Shown here one piece after another: positions 1 to 12,859 of a stretch of 64,000 bases of DNA. Position 1 is the first letter of the stretch. Every line of letters starts with the position of its first letter. Position numbers and translations under genes: made by a program. Origin of the DNA: Vitrella brassicaformis CCMP3155 (Eukaryota > Protista > Chromerida); NCBI GenBank assembly GCA_001179505.1, contig CDMY01000357.1, positions 39,188 to 103,187 of the forward strand, written 5' to 3'. A model generated the notes under the pieces. It worked only from the letters and a program-made list of their open reading frames with translations, searched no databases and had not been told where the DNA came from.

Positions 1-199
1 CGCACAGCACGCAGGCAGACATGTGAGTGACACTTGTGTGCAGCCAGCCGTCGTGTGCCATGCCCGGCGTCTCGCGTACCGATGTCCATGCGATACGCTC
101 CACGACCTGAGGAGTGCCCTCCACACAAACGGTGGGACATACAGCCAAAACACGCAACACATCCATACACACGTGTGCGTGGGTGGTGTGTGTACATAC

Positions 200-1712
200 C
201 TCCACTCTATACAGCCGCAGCTGCTGCTGCAGGGTGTTGTGCAGCATCCTCATCTAGGACGAGAGAAGGCACGACAGCTCAATGCTGTACTCATTCGTGG
301 CGTCTTTCCTTACCTAACTGATCCGCGAGGTCGCTCAGTGACTCTCCGAAATCATTATCGCCTAAGTGCACAACCGGCATGAGAAAAGTGTGCTTCTCTG
401 TGCGTTGTGTGATGTGCGAACCGCCTTCTGGAATATCGCTGCAGGACAAAGCCGTCAGGCGGTATAGGCGCTACGGTTCAAACAACAAGACGACATCAGA
501 CACCTCAATGCTATGCATACCTACCCACTCACCATTCGACGACGAGGGGCCGGGCGCGTCATCAAACGGGATGGTGCCTAAACAGCAACGCACAATCATG
601 TGACAAGTGTCAACCAGTCACTTTCTGCATCGTCCGCGTTGTGTTTGAGCATCTCACCAAAGTTGCTGGCGCTCGCTGCAGCACACACGGCCTGCACACG
701 CACAGACACACGCACAGACACACAGTCAAAAAGGGACGTCCGTATTCAAAGGCAAAGTGCCGTGGATCCGTGTCTGCCTGTCTTATCTGTCTTTGGTGTG
801 ATGCCGTCAGTCCGTCCGTCTACCTGTGGCCCTTGGAATGGTGTGTCCTCCTCCTCTTCCTCTTTCTCCTCATCGTCATCGTCGTCGAGCTCCTGATGCA
901 CAAACATCAGCGAATGGGCTTCATTTGTGTGGCTCATTCCAGTGACTGTACGTTCAATGCTGCTGCTGCTGCTCCGAAGAGTCAGTCGGTCGGTGTCACT
1001 GTGCCGTCGACGCGCGCCAGGAAGGTGTGCAGCCCCGTGACGATGTGTGAGTGGGAGGCACTGAGGCGGCGCACAAGGGCTGTGAAGGGAGGGGGAGGCG
1101 CGATGTGCGGAGCCGTCGAGAAGAGTGCAGTGAAGGGCGGAAGGATCTCGGCCAGCCGTCGTTGCTCATCGGCTCTGCTCAGGATGATGGCGATGTCTAG
1201 CTCCTCGGCCTCGATGGGCAGCTCTCGACTATACGTGAGCCCGCCCGCCAAACAGAGAAACCAAACACAAACAGACAGGCCGTGTCTGCTGCGATGGGCT
1301 CGATGCGCGCCATTAGGGCGTCATTGAAGTCCCTCTTCTCTTCGTCGCTCATCGTCATGTCCTCCCCCACAATATTGAGCTCCCTGCGATGAACAATGCG
1401 CTCCTCGGCCTGAACACGACAGCACGCATTCATCAATATCCCGTTGTTCTCTGCTCCCAATGGCTCTTGTCTTCCCCAACCTTCTCCAAGATTGCCTACC
1501 TCGAAAGGCATTCTGTCAACGGCCTTGGCAACGTCTTCATCGGTGGTCCGGTGGGCGGCGAGGACGGCCCGAACAGCCGCAAAGTCCTCAGGCGCCGGCT
1601 GGTTGCGAGGGTCGTTGATCTACCGTCGGTGGTCCTCCATGACTTGCCGGCCGTAGGGGCTGTTGAAGGGGTCGTCGGACCAAATGGCCATGGGACGACG
1701 GCTCGTCGACAT
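200..1712 (-). CDS. Hypothetical multi-exon protein with an acidic tract; boundaries uncertain, may continue past the left edge; 5' frame interrupted by an in-frame TAG
   Basis: GT-AG bounded segments join in frame: ...DRMPFE|AEERIVHRRELNIVGEDM..., SRELPIEAEELDIAIILSRADEQRRLAE..., ELDDDDDEEKEEEEEDTPFQGPQ|AVCAAASASNFGEMLKH. No recognisable family motif. Confidence 0.4.
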
Positions 1713-3240
1713 TTGCACTCTCAAATCTGAAATTCGGAGGGGCGGGAGGGCAAAGCGGACGACACAAGCCAATCGATCAGGCGAAAAAAGAGAAACGGAA
1801 GACCTGTGGCTGGAACGAGAGCTGAATACGTCACCTATTAACAGTTCTGTCGAAAATGATGAAGAAATGCGGGTTTATTGCGATCTCTCTCCGTCTCCGT
1901 TTCTCGGAAAATCTCGCCGCGGTTGAGGGGCAGATGAAGTCAGATTAATTGTCAGATGAGATGTCATGACGTCTTCATTTCTCGCGTCAAGTACTGTACA
2001 GCAGGCTGAGCGCGCGCTGCGTGAATCGTCGCCGCACAACCCTTGTCAATTCATTCTAAGAGAGAGAACCGATGCCACAACGGTAAAGTGAGGTCGAGGA
2101 ACGGCGAGACCAGCTTACGCACAGCTAAAGGAAGCGATGCCACCCAGCCAGCAATGGGACACGCCAAAATCCATCAGTGCATGAGTGCGACCCGACCGCA
2201 GCAATACCCACCACACATTATGTCGGCTGCCTCTCCAGTGTCTCGCTTCCTCTTCGGAGCGAGTGAAGGAGGCAGAGCAGGACATCCAATGGCACCCAAC
2301 AGTGACATATCGATCGACATTCATTCATATAAGCACACAGGCAGACAGAAGAGAGAGGTAGATGCGGTGAGCACGCCAAGCCGGTTGAAAGAAAAATCAG
2401 CACCCCCGTGGATCCTTCAAACGTAAGCGAGCACACGCACATGCAATAAGAGGTGATGTAGGAAGGAAGGACGCCTCTGAGAGGCAGGCACCCATGTACA
2501 CGCAGACACGCACAGGGGGAAACAGACAGGACAAACACTCAGCTAGAGGAGCGCTGACGGCTCCTCTTCCCCCAATCTGTCGGGGCCAACTGTACAGAGC
2601 ACCCATACATCCATCACGCAGTCAGCTAGGTAAGTTAACTGCGAGAGCACCGCATCAAGTGCAGCACTCGCGCGTCGAGCGAATTCAGCGAGAGCGTTGA
2701 GCATGGATGTCATGTCTATGGTACAGCAGGCAAGAAGTATGCATGTCCCTGGATGGATGGATGGATGAAGGGAGCGCGCTTCCCATTTACTCGCTGGGCA
2801 AAAAAAGCGCCCAAGGAAGCAACGCCAGCCGTGTTCGTGCGTGGCACATCGAGAGGAGGGAAGAGACAGGCAGGGGACAGGTAAGTGCATTCATCGGAAT
2901 GCGATTGACCAATCACAGATGGAATCAGAGGAATGAAGACAGAGGAATGAAGAGGGTCAAAAGAGAGAAGCCCGCCCCCCGGCCCTTCAACATGCCCTTG
3001 TTGCTATGTCTGCCCCATGCCTCATCTCGAAGTTATCGCAGTCTCATTCCGCTGTAACTTCGTGATTGCCGCAGGGGTAGTGACACAGCCAACGAGAGCA
3101 ATCGAAGGAAAGAAGAGAACCCGTAACCCTGCCACCTCACCTATTGCGATACCCACACTGACACGCAAACTTCCCGCCCTCTCTACTTCCTTCCTTGGCC
3201 CATTCATTCACGTAGCTATGTACATGTAATGTGTACATAT

Positions 3241-4851
3241 CTATGCCATGATGAGCTGTGCTTCGATCTGCCCTCTCAGGCGGCCGTCCCTGTCGCTCTC
3301 GTGTGTCTTGAAGAGCACCTCGTCCACACTTGTGGTCGAGTTGAGCACAAACTGTGTAGGGGGCCAGGCAGGTACAGCCCTGAAGACGCACATAAAGCAT
3401 GACCGACACATGCCATCCATGACATAGGAATGTATGTGTCCGTGCGCTCTCACGGACCATGAGCAGGCCTCCTCAATCTTGACGGTGTTGGTGTGCATCT
3501 TGGCTCTGAACCAGCCTCGCTCTCCCCAGTAGGTTCCCCAGCTGTTGCGGACGATCCAGTACTCCTCGCCCTCACTGCCACACGAGACAAGACACCAACC
3601 AGAGACAGGAAAGGAATCCATCCACTTGTGTGCGTGTGTGTGTGGTTAGGCTTACTCGGTGACTCCCCATCCGACGACACTGATGATGTGGTTGATTTCC
3701 ACACCAGGGTCAGTCACAATGCCACCTGCACTCACAACCATACCCACGGCACAACACATGCCCGGCCGGCCATTCTCCCTTGCCCCTCTCGTTTTGTCTT
3801 GTCACTCACCGGAGTAATCATCGATGGGATCGGAGTCCACGCCGCATGCGATCGGTCCCCTCTTGTAGATCTCAGCCTTCATGGCCTGCACGCCGCTGAT
3901 GGCGCCGTACTCTGTGACAAAGTACTTGAGATACCGCGGCTGGGGCGTGCAGTTGGTGGGGCCGGGGGGATTCCAGCACGTTAGGCACTTGTGCTTGTCA
4001 CTGCACTTTAGATCTACAGCCTCGTACACTTGGCTGTCAAAGAGACAATGGCAAGAAAGCACCTTGCTTGCATACAAACGCTGTCTGTGCATCCATCTAG
4101 GTTACCATGTGTCGTCAGGGATGCCGTTGTCTGCCACGTACTTATAGGCACCCAGGTCCGTGCCGCCCCAGCACGTCCCCGCCTCCTCGCCACAGTTCAG
4201 GATGTCCTGGATTGACAGATTGCTGCAGCACCGACAGAGGGAGTGACGCGTATGAGAGGGAAAAAACGGCTGACACGTTCGTTGCAGGCTCACATGTCGG
4301 GCCATTCTGCCTTCCTTTTGATCTTGATGCGGTCCGCGAGCGCAGACATCGTCCCATGAGCCCTGAAGGTGTCACAAAGGAACAAACGATCCATCCCTTG
4401 TGCTGCACAGCCTGTCTGTCTTTGTGTCAGCCGGCCAACATGGATGCGTACCAGCAGGAGCCGCAGTAGACGGGGATGTGCTGATTCAGGTCTTTGGTGA
4501 TGAAGTTCGAGCCGCTGACATTGCGCCAATCCCAGGTCTTGGGAAGCTCCTCGGCCATCATATACACGTGGGGTGGCGTGCTGAGGACCATCTGGGGCAG
4601 CGTGGACCTGATGATGTGACACAAACAGACACAAACACACAATAGGTGGAGAGAAGAAGCTACACACACCTCCACATTCTCAGAGCTTGCCCTCCTCACC
4701 TCTCCGGCATCCTGTAATTGGGGTTGAAGCAGCCGTACTTCCTCGTGCCGGCCGGCCTGGGTGCACCTTGCATCCCCTTGGCCGCCGTGTGGCTGCCACT
4801 CACCCCCAACACAACGCCAACCAACACCAGCAGGCAAAGTCGCAACGCCAT
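3241..4851 (-). CDS. CTSZ: Cathepsin Z/X (papain family C1A cysteine carboxypeptidase), multi-exon, with signal peptide
   Basis: Signal peptide [31 protein letters not shown]...[12 protein letters not shown] carries the HIP mini-loop typical of cathepsin X next to the catalytic Cys. Also [24 protein letters not shown] and EEACSWAVP. TAG stop at 3241-3243. Confidence 0.93.
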
Positions 4852-4958
4852 CGTTTGCAGCTGGTCCTTCAGCAATATGTTGCCGGTGAGGGTCCGATTA
4901 ATCACGAGTCGGGGAGTGGTGTAGAGTGGTGTTTCCGCAAGATTCGCTTTTCGGCGGG

Positions 4959-4994
4959 TGCGAGCTTAAAAGGAAGCTCGCAAGGATAGCTCGC
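4959..4994. promoter_or_regulatory. Candidate bidirectional promoter element: three AGCTCGC copies, the first two forming a 9-bp inverted repeat
   Basis: TGCGAGCTT-aaaagg-AAGCTCGCA-aggaTAGCTCGC lies between the cathepsin ATG (4851) and the IMP3 ATG (5035). Confidence 0.55.
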
Positions 4995-5034
4995 GCTTTT
5001 TACCGCTCTCTTCTCTTTCCCCTCCTTTTTTGGG

Positions 5035-6004
5035 ATGCGTCAGCTGAAGCACCACGAGAAGAAGCTGCTGAAAAAGGTTGACTTTCTGTCGTGGAAGTCG
5101 GATGACAATATCCGTGAGGTCAGGATCCTCAGGCGGCACTACATTCAAGACAGGGAGGACTACACCAAGTAAGACAACACCAAACATCGATGGCGAAAGC
5201 AAGGGAAGGGAATGAAGCCATGTGGTTGCTGTGTGTGGAATGTGATGGGTTTGTGCAGGTACAACAAGTTGTGTGGGCTGATAACCAAGGTGGTGGCCGC
5301 GTTGAGGAAGCTCAAGCCTAACGACGAGTACCGGATCAAAATGACACAGATACTACTCGACAAACTGTGAGCAGACACGCATCACGCGCACATCCGGCAA
5401 TGAGCGGGTGTGTGTTGTCCGTGCCTGCCTGCCTGCCTGCATCCATCCATCCGTCTGTCCATCAGACACGGGATGGGTGTGCTATCCAATCGGAAGACCC
5501 TCGACGGCGTGGACAAGATCCCCGCGTCTGCCTTTTGCCGACGGCGGCTGGCCGTGTTGCTGGTGCAGCTCAAATTCTGCGAGAACCTCAAACAGGCAGT
5601 CGGATACATCGAACAAGGACGTAATGATCACACACACACTCACACACGCACCCACATATGATGGCATGGCAGGAAGGCATCTGCCTCCCTCGTTGATGGA
5701 GGCCCAATGGGTTGTGTGCTCTCTGTGGATGCCCCAAATGCAGATGTGCGTGTGGGCCCTGATGTGGTCAAGAACCCTGCCCTACATGTCACTCGTGATA
5801 TGGAGGACCACATCACTTGGGCACAGGGATCTGCCATCAAAAGGTATACACACAGAAAGACATGCACCGGCTGGTCCGGATGACCGGGATGGGACTGGTT
5901 GGTGGGTTTGCCTCTGTCGCCCTGTCTGTCTGTGCGTCGATTCATTCAGGCACGTTAGTCGGTTCAACGAGTCACTGGATGACTTCGAGCTCATGGGCAC
6001 GTGA
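5035..6004 (+). CDS. IMP3: U3 snoRNP protein IMP3 (S4 RNA-binding domain), 5 exons
   Basis: [21 protein letters not shown]...DREDYTKYNKLCG...[11 protein letters not shown]...[34 protein letters not shown]...LDDFELMGT*. All introns are GT-AG. Confidence 0.95.
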
Positions 6005-6247
6005 GCACGTGAGCAGCTTAGCTCGGGGAATCTGAGGGCCGCTCCATACATGCCGCCATTATAAAGGATGGGCGATGCGAGAAATGATTGGGTGTGGATT
6101 GGGCGGCACTTTGCTGAGTGTGGGCTGGGGATGCTCAGATCTCTTTGTGACGGACAGAGAAGACCTGTAGATAGTCTAGCAGGGGCCCCCAGCCAGGGGG
6201 CTCGAGACTTCTTCGAATTTCCTTCCGCTCCTTCCCCAAACGAAAAA

Positions 6248-9146
6248 ATGTCGTTGTTGGTGACATCGTTTGAGTCTCAGCTGGCCGTGGCACTCGACGC
6301 GCCACTCGATGGCCAGGACGATGACAAGCCGGCTCCGGACAAGGACATTCCAGCTCTCACTGGCCCCATGACGGACTCGTGCGTCATGAGCCACCTGGAG
6401 CAATTCATCAGGGCGTTGAAGGACTCCGAGCGAGCCCGTCGCAACCAGCACGCCAGCCGCGTCGTCCATAGAGTGGAGAAGGACCTCAACCGGTTTGTTA
6501 CATCCATTCAGGTGTGCGCCACGCAAGCAACCGTGGGACGCAACCAACCGTGGGGGAAGGAGATGCAGTGCCTTCCTGTGAATGGATTGTGTGTGCAGAG
6601 CAGCTTCGCTGCGCTGCGGAACGAGGCTGAAAAGCTCAGGCACAAACTGCACGAAAAGGTGGCTTACTGTGTGGATGGGTGGCGGATGAATGGGGGATTA
6701 ATTATCTGGGGTGGTTTTGTGTGCATGCAGGACTCTGAGCTTCAGTCCCTCCGGCGTCGGTACGCAGGACTGAAGAAATACGCGAGGTGCGTGTCACTCT
6801 TCAGCCATCCATTCTGAAAGCCCCATAGCCTTGGTGTGTGTGTCTCTCCCTCCGTCAACACAGGCAGCAGGAGGAGTTGGTCAAGAAGTACCAATCGGCG
6901 TCCAGCGAGGATGTCACCAAAGACGTAGCAGCGGCACCAGTTCCGCCTCCCGAGAACCCCCAGGCCAGCACCATTTCATCCTCAACGGTCGAGGCGGCAG
7001 CCGAGCCTGTCTCACCCCGCAACTCACACGCGTCTGTTGCGTCGCTGCCCCAGGAGCCGCAGCAACAGCAGCTTGTTAACGAGAGCACCAGAGTGGAGGT
7101 GCCCCCCGAGCAGCGCCGCGACGTGTTGTTGCGTGCTGTGCGTCGTCAGCTGGAGGTGTCGTGGCAGCAGAATGCCGAACTCAGGCGCACTGTTGAAGCC
7201 CTCAAGAAGGAGAGGGAATTCAGCGCTGAGGAGGCGCGCAACCTCAGATGGGAGGCATGGAAGATGAGAACGGTAAGCAGCCAGCCAGACACCGGGAGGG
7301 AGGGATGGAAAGCATGGATATATGTCATTAATGTCAGGCGCTGGCTCGTTCGTATCGGCCCATGACGTGCAGCTGGGAGACCAAGGACCGCATGAGAGAC
7401 CGGTTCGCCTTCAAGACACGCTACATGCGGTCTGCCGCGGGGCAAAGGACGCCGGACATCCGGCTGCTGCGCCCCCCCACGCATCATACACCGAGAGCGG
7501 CCCTGACCGACGACGAAACCGACTCTGCGACGGAAGACGAGGGCCTGCGGATTGCCCTGGCTCACTCCCGACAGAAGGCCTCTATGTGCCAGAGGCTCAG
7601 TGGCAGCCTCGTCGCCTTCTGCCAGCAGCTGTTGAGCCTCACTGGATGCCCGCTGTGTCAGGAGGACCTGCAGAAACCCATGGTGGTCATCCCGTGTGGA
7701 CACGTACTGTGCCACAAGTGCTGCAAGGAGGTCTTGCAGGTGGGCCGTGAGCACGGGCATATGGAAGCGAAGGATGTCCCATCCCGGACATCCAGCATTG
7801 TCCACGAACCGCGTGAAGTGGTGCGTGGAGCTGTGAGCCTCTCATCTGCACCCCCAAGACAGGTGAGTGAGTATCTGTCCGCCCTCCCAATCGAACTTAG
7901 TAATCGCATCTGGCTGTCTGTCTGTCTTTCTATCTGTGTCGGTCAACGACGGTCATTCAGGAGTGCATAGAGTGCTCTGCGTGTCCGGTGTGTCTGATGA
8001 GGTGCCCCGAGATGGTGCAGCCGTCCTCGAGCATGCTGGTAGAGGTGAAGCTGCTGACCCTGCTCTTGTCACGTCTGAGCAGTCTGCCGGCGACCATGCC
8101 GCCGCTGGAGGCCATGGTCCATCTGCAGGGCGACACACTCAGGCTGAAACGAAGGTGGGGGAATACACAAGCGGGGGGAGAGAGGCACACACAGAGACTG
8201 TCTGTCTGTGTTGGGTGTCTGTCTCATGTCATGATCGATCTGGCAGTATCGCTAGCCAGACGGCGCCTCCATCACGGCAGGGCCGCAGTCGGCACCAGGT
8301 CAAGCAGGCCAGGGAGGTGCGCAAGAGAGTTCGGCGCATATATCAGATGCTGAGGGGAGGTCCTAGGAAGACTCACCTACGACGTTCGTGGGCCATGCCA
8401 TACCCACCGCATATGGGGATGGGCATGGGCATGGGCGGCTTCGGCCTCCCATACCCATACCCCCAACCATGGACATGCCCCCCCTTCTCTGTCCATCCTC
8501 CATCTTCTCTTCCCGAGCCACGCACTCTGTCTGCCGCCCCGCCAGCTGCTGCCTATGGCCCACCACCCGGTATGTCTGTGTCTCTCCCCGTCCCTCCCTC
8601 CGCCAACAAGCGCCCTGTGACAGCTCCAGCGGCAAAGGACACCTCACCCACGGCACATCTGCCGCCCCTGGTCCCCCCGCCTCTGCCCCCCTCCCCGTCT
8701 GTCAACGCCTTTGGGATGCCCGTGCCATCCTCGGAGGGGCAGCCGTCGCCGATGATGATGTCGGCCTCATCGGCCTGGCATCCCTTCCCCCCGCAGCCAG
8801 ATCCACTTGCAAATGGCCTCCCTCCTCTGCCTGTGGGGATGGCGGGCATGCCCCCCTCCATGCCCCCCAACATCCCGATGGGTCTGTTCCACCGGATGCC
8901 GATGGACGAGGAGGTCGATGACGGCAGGGACGACGGCATACCTAACGCATGGCTCATGTCACTACGGAGGGCGGGAGACATGGCCTACAGGTGGGCTGAG
9001 ACAGACGCCTCTCTGCCCTGCCTATACATACCCACCCATACGTCTGTCTCTGTCCCCCCTGTCATGGTGTGTGCAGCCCGAGTGCGTTTGAGCAGCGGCG
9101 ATTGCCCAAGGTGATGCACTCCACCATGACGGTGACCAAAAGGTAG
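6248..9146 (+). CDS. Coiled-coil protein with RING-HC finger and proline-rich C-terminus (putative E3 ubiquitin ligase)
   Basis: Heptad-rich exons (RNEAEKLRHKLHEK|DSELQSLRRRY; QQNAELRRTVEALKKERE). RING ligands CPLC...IPCGHVLCHKC...CPVC, then a Pro-rich region. Last exon PSAFEQRRLPKVMHSTMTVTKR* ends at TAG 9144-9146. Confidence 0.7.
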
Positions 9147-9538
9147 CTCCATCCGCAGCAGTGTAGTGGTGCTCTGAATGCATTCATGGATCGTTTCAAT
9201 CGACCGACTCACAGACGATTTCATGTGTGAGTCCATCTATGGGCGCATACATCGACATGGTCTGCATGTAGTTGGCACAATGCTCGCTGTACATGAATTC
9301 ATGTACCGCCGGCTGACTCGGTGAACATCACCAGCCAACAGCACCAGTCAACACCTATGGGCTGGCGTCACCGACTGACGCACTCATGGCTGGCCGCCTT
9401 TCTGTCCCGCCCCTTGCCCTTCTTGGACCGGAGCGACTTGCTCTTGAGCATACTGCAAACACACACACACACATCCATCCATCCATGCGGATGAAACGCA
9501 CCACCCACTACTCGGCTTCCTCTGCTGAATCGCTTCAC

Positions 9539-12500
9539 TTACACTTTGCCTTCGTAGAGGTCCACCTCCCGAATGTCGATGTTGAGCGCCTTCTCCAGCT
9601 TCCGTATCACGAAGCGCGTGTCGGGAGTGACGAAGTTCATGACCACCCCAGGATTGCCCGCCCGGCCCACACGACCCGCCCGGTGGATGTAGTGCTCGGC
9701 GTCGGTGGGCAGGTCCAGGTTGACAACGTGACTCAGCCACGGCACGTCCAGCCCACGTGCACCCAGCTCTGTGGAGACGGCCATGCCGATCTGCCCGTTC
9801 TGCATCCGCTTGAACACCTCCGCACGGTCGTCCTTGGACGTGAAACCGGACAGCGGGGCCGCTGCAGCCAACAGAAGGCAGTCCAGTGCTGTTGTGGTTG
9901 GTTTGGTTGTGTTGGTGGTAGTGACTGACCGATGATCTGTTTCTGCAGGAGGTGGTCGACGAGCCACTTGACGCGGCCCTGCTTATTGCAGAAACACAGG
10001 ACGCGCTTGTCCACCGGATCTGAACACACACGCATACACACACCCACACAGACAGACACATACCTCGACACACAAACAACCTCCCTCGTGCTGTGCTGCG
10101 TGAATCCGCCCATCCATCCAGCCAGGTTTGGTAGGGTAGGTACCTGTGTGGAGGAATTTCCTGAGTGCCTCTGTGACTTTGTCTTCCCGCACACACATGA
10201 AGATGTGGTGTATGTTGGGGGGGATGAGGGGCACCCCTTCGTCGGAGTGCTTGACGCCACCAGGCCGGATCACGTGCCACACCGGACGCATGTACCTGAT
10301 GGATGGACGAGGGAGGGAGGGAGGCATCGATTCAACATCCATCCAACAAAACGTGTATGTACGCGACAAACGTCTGTAAGTTTCAACTGTCCATACGCAC
10401 CTTTTGGCGGCCTGTGTGACGCTCTTTTGAGCACCGGTGGCTGATGCGAAGATGGTTTGCCTATGTGTGGAGTGGGTGCCCTTGGGGATGGTCGCCATCA
10501 GACTTTCCAACTGGCCCTCATACGGATCCTGCATTCATAGACACACAAACCACTCAAACCATACATGCACGGGTGGAAAGAAACACGCCCTCTGCCCTGC
10601 CCACTTACTTACCCGTATGAGTTGGTCCACTTCGTCAAGCACGAGATACTTGACGCGGCTGAGGTCCACTTTCCGACGGTCCAGCACAAAGTCGTACAGC
10701 CGGCCTGGAGTTCCCACCACCACCTCGGGGCCGCCCTTGAGCTGCTCCAGCTGATACTTGGGGTTAGCACCGCCCAGCAGCATGGCGCACCGAAGACCAG
10801 TCCCTTCCAACACCACGCGACACACCTGACATGACAAACACACACATCAACCAGAGAGGAAGGGTGGGAATGACGAAAAGTACAGCCGTTCGTTCATCAA
10901 TGCACCCACCCTTTGTATGTTTCCTCTTACCTTGGCGATCTGCGCGACCAGTTCCCTCCCGGGCGCCACAATGAGGAGCTCGGGACCCCTCCTCCGCCCC
11001 TGCACACCTCCCCGATTGCCATTGATATCGGTGGCATTGGTGGCAGCCGTTGCCCCATGCTCATTCAGCATGCGCTCGAGCAGCGGCAGGAGGTATGCGA
11101 GTGTCTTGCCGGATCCCGTGTGTGCGTGTATGATGAGGTCGTCGCCCTGCAGAATGCGTGGGATGGCCTTGATCTGCGTGTGGGTGGGGTTGAGGATGCC
11201 GCCACGCCGCAGGTTCTCCACCATCATGGCGTTGCCGATGCCGATGTCCGGGTCGGTGAACCGCCGCTGCTTCTCGGGGTCGACGTAACCCAACTCGGCG
11301 AAGTCAAACACACCGTCGTAGCGGGAAATACGACTGCCCTTTTGTGGCGGCCGCGTGCTCGTCTCACGCTGGTCGGTCACCGTGGCATTCGTCCTGCTCT
11401 GCAACTCTTCAGTGGCTCGCAGGGCCGTCTGGACGAGGTCGTGGCTGGAGCTCTCCACCCCACCCAGGCCCTCATCTGACTGCAGGAAGGGCAGACCGGT
11501 GTCGTCAGAGTCAGCCACGTCAACATCACCACCTGCTTTCTGCAACAACAGATACAGGCAGGTAGGGAGGGAAAGTGTGCATGAGGTGGGCAGGCCGGGT
11601 ACTTGTGTGTGTGCGTGTGTAGGTACCTGCTGCCTCTTCTTCTTCTTCTTGGTCGCGAGAAAGCCGTGTTGTTTCTTCCACTCAATGATGCTGTCTGGGC
11701 GCTCCCTAGTGGACACTGGTGCATCAGGCGACGACCCAGCAATGGCAGCTGAGGCGACGGACAGAGGCCGGACAGACTCGGATGGCTGCTGCGGTGGCGC
11801 TGTTTTGGTGTGCCGTGACCGGTCGGGCGGCCGCAGTTTGAACGAGCGAGTGTCTTGGTCGGTGAGTCCGGTGGTGAGGTACTGGAGCATGGCCGAGCCC
11901 TTGGTCTGCTGGCCGTCCCCCACGTCATCCTCAGTGTCCCGATAGTACCGCCGGCCCCGCACTGCAGTAGGTGAGTCTGACCTGCCGCCCTGAAAAAACA
12001 CACAGATTGTTGAATAGGCAGGCAGCCATGAACGAATGAATGAGAGGGGCGGGATTGACATGTATGAGACTGGTCGCAGTTAGTTAAATACCCACCTGTG
12101 CGGCTCCCCCAACTCCAAACTTCTTGTCCAGCCGTTCCAGCATGCCATCCAAATCCAACCCACGCAACTGAGAAAAGGGCAACACACACAGAGTGATGGA
12201 TGCGCCATCCATCCATCCATCCATCCAGTCAGCCGCACCTGTGGGTCTTTGTCCATTTGTATGGATCCATCGGGTGCCTTGAAGCTCTGCACCCGCCGCC
12301 AGGCTGCCCTGTCCTCGTCGGTCTCCTCGTCCACATCATCCTCATCCTCACCGTCGTCGTCAGATGATGATGCTGCCGACACACCACCACCACTACCACC
12401 TGCACCACCACCGCCCCATCCCTTGTCCATCTCAAGCACGTCACCAAAGGGCTGCTGCCGACGGGAAACAGACGATAGGGCAAGGGGTCGGCGAACGGAG

Positions 12501-12716
12501 CGCCGTGGTCCAATTGCACGCCCATGTGAGGTAGAAACCCGCCTGCAAACACGACGGCGCTCTTGAGGAGGTGTGCGGCGTGATCTGTGCTCTTTGACGT
12601 CACCTGCTTGTTGTTGCTTTGTTCGCGATGAATGCCGTAGATCTGTGAAGCTGCAGACATTCGCGAGGGTCCATTGCTGCCTGCAAGGCGCAACCCGCTG
12701 TCAGCAACGCCTTCAT
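9539..12716 (-). CDS. DEAD-box RNA helicase (DEVD variant), RH47-like, probably plastid-targeted
   Basis: Q motif GILNPTHTQIKAIP, motif I AHTGSGKT, Ia APGRELVAQI, GTPGRL, II VLDEVDQL, III SAT, V STELGARGLDVP, VI DLPTDAEHYIHRAGRVGRAG. The N-terminus MKALLTAGCALQAAM...STAF is followed by a Ser/Arg-rich stretch. The RH47 resemblance is from recall and needs phylogeny. Confidence 0.88.
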
Positions 12717-12733
12717 CCTTTCCTCTGCTCGCC

Positions 12734-12853
12734 AAGCTCGCAAATGCCAAGCTCGCAAAGGATCGGCTTGAAGGCGTTCTGAAAAAGATCTGCACAGCAA
12801 CAAACACTAAGGAGGAGGAGAGCCGCTGCAGCCGAAGATCTGCGAAGATCTGC
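12734..12853. promoter_or_regulatory. Candidate bidirectional promoter: tandem AAGCTCGCAA x2 and AGATCTGC x3
   Basis: AAGCTCGCAA at 12734 and 12749; AGATCTGC at 12786, 12836 and 12846. All lie between the ATGs at 12716 (-) and 12860 (+). Confidence 0.5.
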
Positions 12854-12859
12854 GAAAGA

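Noticed and set aside
641-1327. 228-aa plus-strand ORF
   Set aside because: It is antisense to spliced minus-strand exons and includes translated CA repeats.
3017-3229. Short ORFs just downstream of the cathepsin stop
   Set aside because: No motifs or splice support; most likely 3' UTR.
5998-6013. Tandem GCACGTGA (G-box-like) at the IMP3 stop codon
   Set aside because: Probably a small local duplication. No other copies were noticed in upstream regions, so a regulatory role is unsupported.
12674-12859. N-terminal extension of the 12860 gene overlapping the helicase start
   Set aside because: It begins at a non-ATG codon and consists of the tandem promoter-like repeats, so it is more likely UTR or promoter.
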